A stretch of 64,000 nucleotides of DNA from Octopus vulgaris (lineage: Eukaryota), in the NCBI GenBank assembly GCA_951406725.2, contig OX597814.1, forward strand, positions 187,922,001 through 187,986,000, in the 5' to 3' direction. Both the position numbers and the translations under genes were made by a program. The stretch's first letter is position 1. The number at the start of each line of letters is the position of its first letter. The notes beneath the pieces were generated by a model, which saw only the letters and a list, made by a program, of their open reading frames with translations, made no database searches and was not told the DNA's origin. Positions 13,498 through 25,800 of this stretch are shown one piece after another.

Positions 13498-15405
13498 TTA
13501 CTTATAGATATAGATACATGTATAAAATACATGCATACATTCATGCGTACAGCAGGCAGATTTTGCCATATCAAACAAAGTAAATATACAGAAACTATGA
13601 AATATTTACTTTTGGTGAAACGAAATAAACTCCGGCTTTAATGCTAAAGTATGAGTCTTTCCTGTAATAGTTTTGAGATTAAATATTTGACAGATAGAAT
13701 TTAAAAAAAAATGTTTTTCATATGATTTATGAAGATATAATTAAAAAGAGAAAAGATATCTTTCAGGGACACAATTGTCAAGTCCGAACATTTCAGATTT
13801 TATTGTTTACTTTCACCCACTATCTGCTTTTATTACTATTGGTGCATGGCTGATTGGGAAGCTATACTAACAAGCCCATTGCTTTCAGGTATGAGGAGTA
13901 CTTTGGTGCTGGTAGTTACGATGACTATGAAAATTATAGTCGTCCAAGTCGAGAGCAATCTCGTACACACACCCCATTACAAGAACCCTCATCTCGAGGA
14001 CCTATGTAAGTTTTAACCCCTAATTTTTGTTGCTTGTTTGTTTTTTTTCTGTATATTTTTGTAACTGTTTGGTTCAGTTTTTGTTTTTAAATTGTGTGTA
14101 TATATATATGTGTGTATCTAAGTGTACTCAGTATGGAACTGAAAAGACTATAATTCAAATTAGTACTCAGTACATGTGTTGAGTAGAATGGATGTATTCA
14201 TTTGTTAGCAAAAAGACCCTATGGAAAGCTCATTCTGTTTCAGTGGGTTCAGTTATAGAGGTCAAACTCACATCATTAGGAATAAATAACTGCTATGCAT
14301 ACTGAATGTGACTAGTGCTGTATATCATAGAGTGTGTGTATGTTTGTATGTATGTTTAATTTGGGTGATGGGTTTAATTGTGGCTAATGTATGTGTTTTG
14401 GTTTATAATCAGTTGGGTGTGCATGTCTGTGAGTGTGGCTAGTGTAGCTCTATAGTGTTAGTTCATAAACACACATGCACACACATACACATGAGAAATT
14501 TGATAGTCATGCTTTGACTAAAAAGACAAGTGAACTAGCTAAAGTTGTTTTAATTAAAACAGGTTTCTAATACAACTTTGTTGTTGCTGTTGTTGTTATT
14601 AATTAGCTCTGACTGTGACGAAGTGGTATAACAAGTAATCTAGAGGGAAAATATAAACAGATGACATCAAGGTTTGGGTTGGAAAACTGAACAGAGAGAG
14701 AAATAAAAGCAAACAATTTCAGTATTCTAGAACATGTGAATGGGATATTTGGAATGCATATGGGAGTTTGAAGCCTAGATGTTTTCTATGCAAACCGTTT
14801 TCCTCCCTGCAATAATATAAAATTATTAAAGTGGATAGATGCAGTTTAAAACCAAAAGGCACAAATACAATCATCACTAAAAGTGACTGAGGGTGCAAGT
14901 TAGCACCATCATTTCTAGAAATAAGAGTCAAAATAACTCTTAGCCATGAACAGAGTGCATGCACACATACATTCTACAATACAAAATGGGACAAGAACGC
15001 AAAACATCTGGATAGTTAGGTGTTACAAAATGGGACAACAAATAATCCAGATAGATGATACAAAGAAAATAAGGATGGGTCACTTGGAGTTTTCTTTCCT
15101 CAGTCGAGTACCAGATTATCTTTGCAATTTCGGCTGAATATATTCAAGATTGTTCCAATCTGGCCAGCCCCAAGGAAAAACTAAGCTAAGAGCATTAGAT
15201 TCCTTAGAAGGAAGCAGTGAATGTATTATATATATATATACACATACATACTGTCCAACCCATGCCAGCATGGAAAGCGAGATAAATGATGATGATGATG
15301 ATATATGTGCATGTATGATGTTGCACTTTGGGCAAATGTCTTCTACTGTAGTCTCAAACTGACCTATTTTTTTGTGAGTGTAATCAGTGGATGGAAACTC
15401 TCTGC

Positions 15406-15443
<38 letters not shown>

Positions 15444-16454
15444 TGCACTCACATGTCTGTGTATCTGTGTGTACGTTTTATTTCTGTATCCTCACATGAA
15501 AAGTGTCTAGAAAAAAAAAATGGTGACATTTGTTGACATTCTCTGCTAACATATTGTTCTGTAAATCTGTGTTTTCAAAAACAAATGGAATTAGAAAAAA
15601 GTATCCATCATCTAAAAACAGGTGAAGGTTAGCCGCAGAAAGGGTATCCAACTGTAGAACATTGCTTCAGTAGGTATTTGTCCAGAACATGCTAACATGG
15701 AAATTGATGTAGAATGAATGAATGATTGGATGAATAAATATACATACATAATTTCATGTGTTGCATGTACACGAAAATGCATACATGTATTTATGTACAG
15801 ACACACACACACACTATCTCTCTCTCAGATGAGTAAAAAAGTTAACCTTTGATATCTTCCTAAATGTTTACCAGTGAAAACTAGCCACTCATTTATATTT
15901 CATATCTTTACTGTATTAAAATATATCCTAATGTCTTTAAAAAAATGAAGATTAAGCTGCCCATCGCTTGACCATGCAATTTAAGCTAAAAAACAACAAT
16001 GCATAGTAAAGTCACTCGTAAAATGTCTCAAAGTACAATGTTACCAACACAAAGTAATGAAATAGTCTTTTGTATAAAATGTACCAAAAAACAAAACGAA
16101 AAACAATCCATTGATATTTGTTTTTATTCTCAACAATCTTGTTATAAATTACCTTACTTAAATTGGGTGGATTTTCTTATTAAATGCTGTTGCAAATTGC
16201 TAAAATATTAGAAGGATCAAAATAAAAAAATGAAGAGGTTTTGATTTTTGTTTAATTCCAACCAGACATGTCTCATATACTAACTAAATAATAGCATGGT
16301 AGGATTGATACATCAAGCATTCTATTTTTTTGTTTTTTGGTTTTGTAATATTATATACTTCAGTATGACTTTTTTTATTTATTTAAAAAATTAACCTCTT
16401 AATGAAAATCTATTATCATGGAGCAAAATATGTTTAAAACCTTTTTCTTTCATT

Positions 16455-16503
<49 letters not shown>

Positions 16504-19500
16504 TACATATATCCATCCATCCAGCTAACCACACACACATATCTTCACTTCAATCTCTGGGTCATTTGCTTTTTTTTCTCTTCCATTTTCTATTCTCGTT
16601 AATGCACAAAGTATGTCTTCACAATATGGCTGGTATTTTTTATCACACATTTCACCAACTGTGAATGTTTTCTCTTGAATTAACCCTGATGTTGCATGTG
16701 TTATTCAACAGGTTAGGTGCATTTATTGACATTTAAAGTTTTCCTGTTTCCTTTTTTTTTTTCCCTTCCTTCTTGAAATCCCATTTCTGATTTACTGGAA
16801 ATGGAATTCCAAGAAGCAAAATAATTAACAGTTAAGGATAGGGAAGAAAGAGGTGTACTTACATATTCAAGTTTTATGCCATAATGTTTTTATGCCAATG
16901 TCTTATGAACTTTTGTTATTTTATTTCTTCATATACTTTATTACTATGAAGTAAACTTTACTCTTCTTTCAAGGATAAGATGTTCATAAATAACCATGTT
17001 CGCTTGGTTATGTATGAATATCACTAAAAAAAAGTAAAAGCACTGTAATGATGTTGTTAGCCACTTACTACTTATAAAAGAAGGAATATGGTTTGTTTTG
17101 CTTTAATTTATGGAAAAATATTACTGTATATACATATATCTGCAAGATTTAAGTCAAAACTACTTTGTTGATTAAAGAAAAAAGGGAATTTTGCAGGTTT
17201 TGTGCATTATAAATTAAAAATTTGAGGCTATTTTAGTTTCATTGTGTATATTACATTTCTGTTTACATTCTTTGAAACTTAGTCTGAAATTGCTATCTCT
17301 TTACTATCTCTATTTATAGTGGTCAGTATAGCTCTCTTCCAGAAATGTATGACTATGAGGCTTATTACAATTACTATGAAACTGCAGACTGGCCAACACC
17401 TGAAGGTAAAACTTAATTTTGTTAATATAATTACAGTTTATAACAATTCACTTTTCTGCTCATTTTTTTTAATTGTTGTTTCTACAAATAAGTCTTAATA
17501 ATCATTTGACCTTGAGAAGGGTTGTAATTGTAAATGGAACTGATGAATGTTACCTAGGGTAGTCCTAACTGAACAGAGCAATGATTAAAGGCATTCTAGC
17601 CATGATCATCTTGTCTTGATTGAAATTTAGCTCTAATTTCTAGCAGGTTGAGCAATCATATGGAAGCTTCTTCATTGGAACTGGTAGTTTAGAATTTAGG
17701 CCCTCAATATTTGATGTTTTAACTATTTTGTCTATTTTGTTGTATTCTAATGAAATAACTTTACATACTGTGGACCACCTTTTGTGCTTTTCTGGGTTTG
17801 GGGTTGATCATATTTGCTATCTATATGTACTTATGTTTAGGATGAGTTTCACACAAGTAGTTAAGGCGGTGAGCTGGCAGAAATGTTAGCACGCTGGGCA
17901 AAATGCTTTGGGGCATTTCGTCTGTCTTTACATTCAGAGTTCAAATACCGCCGAGTTTGACTTTGCTTTTCATCCATTCGATATCTATTAAATAAGTACC
18001 AGTTATGCACTGGGGTCGATATAATCGACTTAATCCGTTTGTCTGTCCTTGTTTGTCCCCTCTATGTTTATCCCCTTGTGGGCAATAAAGAAATAAGTAG
18101 TTAGGGCATTTAACAATGTTGAAAAAAAAAAAAAATTTTTAAGTTGTTTTTTTGTTTTTCATCTCTGTCTTCAACATTATTTCCAGAAACTACAGGTCGA
18201 ATGACCCCTGCAAAGTTTTTTACTCCTCATACTTGTGCTGTGTTTGGCCCAAGTGGCCAGCTTATCCATGTGCCTGCAAACTTACCGTCTGATGGTCAGC
18301 CAGCTACAGTTGAAATCATGAGCGTAGAAAATGTTCTGTCAGACCAAAAAGAAGCTGAAGAACTGCACAGTTTCCCAGGACCTTTAATAAGGTATGTCAA
18401 AAATTACAAAGAAAATGATTCTGGATTTTAGTGTCATTGTTTGTTGATGAAAGTTGTATAAATAGTCTCATTTGGGAATTTGAGTGTTAGTAAAGAAAAA
18501 CAAGGTTTGTTTTTTTAGTTCTTTAATATGTTGGAATTTTAAATCTTAGCTGTTGATGCAAATATATCTTATGATTTGATTAGGTGTTATTTATGTATTG
18601 GAAAGTAGTGTGTAACATTTGAAATAAGATATTAATGATACTTGTGGAATTACTGGTATAAAGTTCATTGAAAAGTTTGAGACAGACATTAATCTTCAAA
18701 ATGATAGGATAATGATAACATTATTTATCAAAATTGTGAAAATAAAATCCCTATAAAACCAGAGTAAAATAAGAAAGTTATAAGATTTTAAAATAGAGTT
18801 GAAGTTGATGAGGTGATTGTTTAAATCAAACAAAATTTATAGGCTATCTTAAACTTTAGACATTATCTTAACAGGTTTTTCCTAAAATGTTGATTATAGT
18901 ATTGTGTAAAGTTTCTTCAATTGTTTTCTTGTAACTATGTTTTTCCAGAGGAGAAACCCACAAGAATGATGTGTTACTATTTTGTCAATCTAAAGTGAAA
19001 GAGTATGGTGAAAATATGAGAATGACTGATAGAGAATCTGCAATTTTATTGTGGAAATTTCTTGAACTTCTTATTAAACAAAATGGCGTAAGTATTCTCT
19101 CTCTCTCTCTCTCCTAGTATACATACATACATACGCAAGTACATACATACATACATATAGCTGTGTGGTTAAGATGTTTGCTTTGCAACTACATGCTATT
19201 AGGTTCTGTCCCACTGTGTCGTATCTAGGGTCAGTGTCTTTATTATAGCCCTGGACCGACCAATGATACCATGTGAGGGAATTTGGTTGATAGGAATTTC
19301 ACAAAGCCCTTTTCTATGCACATGCATGCATATATACACATGTGCAAATGTTCATACATTCAACACTTATCAGTACTTGAATGAAGTGATGCTGATGCTG
19401 ACATTATGACCGATCAGTCTCTGCTTTCAAAGCTCTATGGAAAAAAAAAAAAAAAAGAAAAAAATGGAATTGACAATGGTAAGAGCACATGGCTGTAAAA

Positions 19501-19816
19501 TCCTGCCTCAAATATATTTCTGTCTAAATTCATGCTAACATGGAAAGACTTATATTTTAACTTGGGTTGAAACATTAGTTTCTTTTCCATCATAGATACT
19601 TTCACAATGTGTCAGTATCTGTGATGATGAATATATGAGATGAGGAAAGTTGTCTGATGTCAAACGAACAATTTTTTCAAGCATGTTTTTGGTTTTATAA
19701 AGCATAAACTCACTTTTCTATATTTTATATGTGGATATTATGTGTCAGGGGTTATGATATTAAAATTAATGGATTACTGAACATGAGTCATACATTTAAC
19801 CAAACCTTGATACAAG

Positions 19817-19848
<32 letters not shown>

Positions 19849-22800
19849 GTTTAACGTCCACTTTCCATGCTAGCATGGGTTGGATGATTTTGACTGAGGA
19901 CTGGCGAACCAGATGGCTGCACCAGGCTCCAGTCTTGATCTGGCAGAGTTTCTACAGCTAGATGCCCTTCCTAACGCCAACCGCTCCAAGAGTGTAGTGA
20001 GTGCTTTCATGTGCCAACAGCATGGGGGCCAGTCAGGCGGTACTGGCAATGACCTCGCTCGAATCCTTTTATACATGCCACCAGCACAGGTGCCAGAAAA
20101 CGATTTTGGTAACGATCACACTCGAATGGTGCCCTTTTACGTGCCCACTGGCACGGAAGCCAGTTGGCTGCTCTGGCAACGATCACGCCCGGATGATGCT
20201 CTTGGCACCCTACTAGCACGGGCACAAGTGCCAGTAAGGCGACGCTGGTAACGATCACGTTGTTTATTCATAAGTAAGGCAGATGTCCATGTTGTAGGGT
20301 AGCTTTTGTGTCCAGTACATTACTCTGATCTCTTTCATCTGCTTGACTTTTGATTGCTAAAAAGGAAAAATAGTTGTAAAAATTTAAATTATAGCAATAT
20401 TGATAATGAAGTATTAGTAAAAATAATTTTAATTCTGGAACCTATTTGTTATTGGCCTTTGCTAATTGAAAGGGAAAATTAAATTGAAAATTTAATTGGA
20501 AAATACAAAAAAAAAAATTATATAACAAAAATATTTAGGAGTCATTGTTATCATGATTGAAGTCCAAGTGTATACTCTTTTTTGTTTCTACCTATAATAT
20601 CATTGCACAGCTGTGTAGTTGGTAGAAAATAATGTTTTGGCAGAGTTGTATATCTCTCATTCAAGGAGACAATAACAGAGAGTGAATGAGGTGAAATGTA
20701 AAAAGGTTTGGGAAGTAAACATGCAGATAGCAACGCACGCGCGTGTGTGTGTATATACATACATGCATACATTCACATCTGGTTTAGGCCCCTACTCCTC
20801 TACCATCAAAACGGTAGAAGAGTAGGGGCCGGAACCGGATGTGGTTCCTCCTGATGATGTCTTGAGCTAACTGGATCCTATAAAGGAGCTGTTGTGGTAG
20901 CAGACCACGAAACATGGTTGAAATTCCTCTTTCCTACACACAAGCATACATTCACATCTGGTTGAATCAAATGAAAGATGGAAGTCAAGTTTATTGTGAG
21001 TTGTTGGAGCAATATATAAATGATATGTTAATTATTAGCATGTATTATTAGCTGCTAAAACTTAAGGTCCTTGAATAAAGCAACCAGACCATCACTGCAT
21101 ACTTTATTGAATCATCATACTAAGATAAATGCTTATAAACTCCAACACCCTAATGTGTTACAGCATATTACTATTCTCTAGTTTTGTAGTTTTAGTGTTT
21201 ATAGGGTGAGATAAAAACTTATTGTTAAAGAAACAGCTATCAATATGTGTGTGAGGGAACGAGTCTTTAGAAATATACTAGAACCCATCATTCCCTGGAA
21301 CATCAACAAGCAAGTGCAAAAGCCTGTTGGTGGTACAAAAATGTAGTTTCTGAGATGAATACTGAAAGTGTCCTGTACAACAAACTTCAGAAAACTTTTT
21401 AACAATATAAGGAGGTAGCAAGCTAAATTCATTGGGCATCATCTGAAAAGACAAAAACTTGAATACTGGGTGACAGCTGAATAAATGAAAAGGAAGTATG
21501 GGGAAGACAGAGCCAGAAGCTACTCAGTGGTTTTACTTGCTGTTTACGGAGAGATTGACCTTATAATATGAGTTTGGAGGCTCATGATCTCTTGCACTTG
21601 TGGGTATGGGATATAGAAAGATGAATGATTTGCACACATATATTTGTTGTACACAAACTATATATACATTTGTTTGACTTTATCTTGTATGAAATATTGG
21701 TTTCAAATTTTGGCACAAAGCCAGCAGCTTTGTAGGAGTGCTCAACTGGTACTTATTTTATCAACTCTGAAAGGATGAAAGGTGAAGTCAATGACAGTGG
21801 AATTTGAACTCAAAATGTAAAGATGGATGAAACACCATTAAACATCTCACCTCGTGGTTAATGATTCTGCCAGTTTGAACAGCTGTGAAAATCGGGTAAA
21901 TACCCTTAGAAAATGGAAACAAATTGGCCAGAAAGCCGCTAAGGAGAATTAAACCATGTACCTCTTAAATTCCAGTTGAGCACTCTGTACCCTTAAGCTA
22001 AGCAACCGCAGTCTATATTGTTTTGTATTGTATGAAATATTGGCAGACATTCTAATCATTTATGTTACTGTTTTTACAAATCATATTTTCAGACGATTGT
22101 TGGAACAGATATTGCAGATTTACTTCTTGAAGATCATGTACCAAATACATCTGATTATGGAGACAGTGAATCTAAAGCGGAGAGTGAAAGAGAAAGTACC
22201 CAATCTCCGGCAACACAAGAGAACAGTGCTCTCCAAATGACAACTACCTCAGATAGAGTTTTAGTAAATCGCGGTTTGGACCTGAATGAAAAAACTGATC
22301 GGTTTAGAAATCTTTTACTGTATGGTAGGAAAAAGGTATATAATTCATTTGTTCTCAATGGTTATTTTTTTATTTCATCCGAAATGAAAAACTAGTTTTC
22401 GAAATAATTGTCAAGTTTGTAAATGATGGCTGTGATGAGGTATTTTGTTTCTAGATTACTCTTTTACTTGTTTCAGTCATTTGACTGTGGCCATCCTGGA
22501 GCACTGCCTTTAGTCAAGCAAATTGCCCTCATGACTTATTCTTTGTAAGCCTAGTACTTATTCTGTCAGTCTCTTTTGCTGAACTGCTAAGTTACGGGAA
22601 CGTAAACACACCAGCATCGGTTGTGAAGCAATGTTGGGGAGACAAACACAGACACAGAAACATATGACGGGTATTTTTCAGTTTCCGTCTACCAAATCCA
22701 CTCACAAGGCTTTGGTTGGCCCGAGGCTATAGTAGAAGATACTTGCCCAAGGTGCCACGCAGTGGGACTGAACCCAGAACCATGTGGTTGGTAAGGAAGC

Positions 22801-25800
22801 TACTTACCACACAGCCACTCCTACGCCTATACTATTTTTATTTTATAAAGATTGTTATTGGAATTTATATAGCTGTTGACTTCAACTTAAGGCTTGTTTC
22901 TTTAGTTTTCTGTTAGCAACTTCAAATTATATTTCTTTAAGTTTATCATTCAGTTCACTCAATTTCAGAGATAAAATGTTCTTCATTACTTTATGCTTTA
23001 TTATTTTCATATACTGTATATACTTGTCATGTTCAACCTCCATGCCTTTTTTTTTCACCTCACAATCATAGATTTATCGTTTACTCCTTGTAATGTTCAA
23101 GTCTGGATTTTAAAGTCCGCAGTAGTAGAGTCAGTATGTGCAATTTGAATCTTTGTTGTTCAAATATGTTTTCTATTAGTGTAAGCATAAAGAAAAACTG
23201 ATTGTGTAGCCTCATGCTTTCTTGGTGTATGCACTCCTTTTCCTCTTCTGTTATCTTTTTACTACTTCTTTTATTCTAATGAGGTAGCCATTTGAAAATG
23301 CTTCTCTTGCTGTTATCACTTGGTTGAATATGCTTTAGAGGCATTATTTACTCTTTATTCACCCACAAACATAGAGAAGATAAGTAGAGAGTATTGCTCT
23401 ACTTGTTCTTGGTGTGAGATATGTTTCATGTACGCCTGGCAGAAACTGTTAAAGTTATCTGAGAAAGTAAAACTGATGTCATAGTTATTCCAAGTAGATT
23501 AACCAGTGCCTCACAATCACTTGATATTTGGCTTTACAAACAATTTAAAGAGAGTCAAAACTATTGAAAAGGTTGCAAGATGCAACGAAAAGTTTAGGAA
23601 AATAAAAATAAGAAATAAGTGGAAATTTTACCAGTGAGTGTGTTACATTATAAGGCACAAAAAGAAAATGACTCTCCCCAGACACAACAGAATCTGCTTC
23701 AACACACGAACTCAAATAAAGAATCTTGCAAACCAAATCCAAAAACGAAAAACAATTTTAAGATAGAATAAAAAGTGAAATGACTGTATAATTAATGAGG
23801 AGAAAGTTTTCAGAAAGGGTGGTGTTGTGTGAGTGCCATTTTTTGTCAGTGTGGTGTACATTTCTGGATGAAAGATGTGTAGGAAAATATCAATTAAAAA
23901 AATTGTTAAATCTTTTTTATACAAATATAGATATGGTATTTTAAAAATATTTTTATTTAAAACAAATCTAAATGAAACTTTTTTTTTTACAGGAAGCTTT
24001 ACGATGGGCAACAAAAAATAATCTTTGGGGTCATGCCTTGTTTTTAGCCAGTAAAATGGATAACAGAACACATGCAGAAATTATGACAAAGTATGTTTGA
24101 TATTGTTGTTTTCTAATGAAATGAAATTACTTTTATCTTAAATTAACAAGAGTAAAATTGTTGAATGACTTAACAAAATATGTGATTGTTAGACAGTGCA
24201 GCATTACAGCTGTAATAGTTTGGCTCCTATTATGGCATGGGCTTAACTTTTGAACTGATTCTGTATTAAAGAAAGTAAAAATGTAAGATATACTTTAAAA
24301 AATACAGTTCTGAATTAAAATTTTGGCAGAGTTTTGTTTGCTTTTTATTCCTTTGTAGCCTGTAATATAAGTATAATTGATATTGGCATTGATTCCTTGC
24401 AACAGTATTTAAAATGGAAATTTCTGTTCTCTTACTTCTGAATTCAAATCCTCATTATGTTGAGTTTGCCTTTTACTTCTCCATGAGCAATAAAATTACC
24501 TGTTCAATCTGGCCACTTCAATTGATGAATGTCTCTCTCTCTCTTTATAGCCAATTAGAGTATATTGAAATTTCCAAGAACTTTGAAGTGTTACATTGAA
24601 ATATTAGCTGCAAATTACTGGCAGCAAAGAATTTGAAATATCCTATTGAAATTTTATGAAGAAAACAGTGTTCTAAATATAGTATTAAAGATAGATAATC
24701 AGAAAGCTAGATAGATCAATATACACTTCTCTTTACTCCCTCATTAACAGTTTTTTCTAATTGCCTTTCTTTCTCATGTGCAAGGTAGCAGAATGATAGA
24801 GAAAATGGTAACATTTTTAGAGGTCCTCAAATATATACATAATAATAAAGTTCTTAAATGTTATATTTGTAGAGATGTAATTCTTAAGAAATATATTATT
24901 GGTCCCTAGAAATAATGTATTTTAGTTTGTTTAATGCAATACAAGGCAGATGATCAAAAGTTTACCCTGAATATATATAAACGATGTGAATGAGTATGGG
25001 CTTTGTTGATCAGATTAATAGAGTTAGGCTTATAATAATCATAAACCTTTCTACTATAGGCACAAGGCTTGAAATTTGGGGGAGGGGTCTAGTCAATTTC
25101 ATTGATCCCAGTATTCAACTGGTACTTATTTTATCAGCTCAAAAGGATGAAAGGTAAAGCTGATCTCTATGGAATTTGAACTCAGAACATAAAGCCAGAA
25201 GAAAAGCTGCTAAGTATTTTGTCTGGCATGCTAATAATAATAATAATAATAGTAGTAGTAGTAATAATAATAATAATAATAATAAATTCGTTTATTGACC
25301 ACAAGGGTTAACAAAAATCAAATAAAACATTTAAGGACAAAATACAGGACGAAAGTTACAAAAAGGGTTTTGTCCGTTTGAAAAGTCCGTGTAAAAATGC
25401 AAGATAACAACGAAAATATAACAAGTAAAAACTCCCAATAGGGGGAGGCGCTTCGAAAGGTTACTCGTGGAAAAACAGCACAGTTTTTATTTCCATACAT
25501 GTCTATGACACTTTAGCTAGATCTCTTAGATTCTTGAACCAGTATTTTTTGATGTTCATGTTTAAAATAACAGGTTAATAAATATAAGAATATTATTGTA
25601 TATTTGATAAATTATAATAATAGTATCAAGGCTGATTTTCAATAGTGATATAATATATTTTTGCTGTTTCACTAAGACTGTTTCCACATTTCTGACAATG
25701 AATTTACTTTACTTTTATATTAGGTTTGCTAACAGTGCTATTAAAATGAATGATCCCCTGCAGACTTTGTATCAGCTTATGTCTGGTCGGCAACCTGCTT

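Noticed and set aside
16680-16720. ttcaacag|gttagg as a recursive splice site or microexon
   Set aside because: Weak pyrimidine tract and a short intron (3.3 kb); no frame-compatible microexon.
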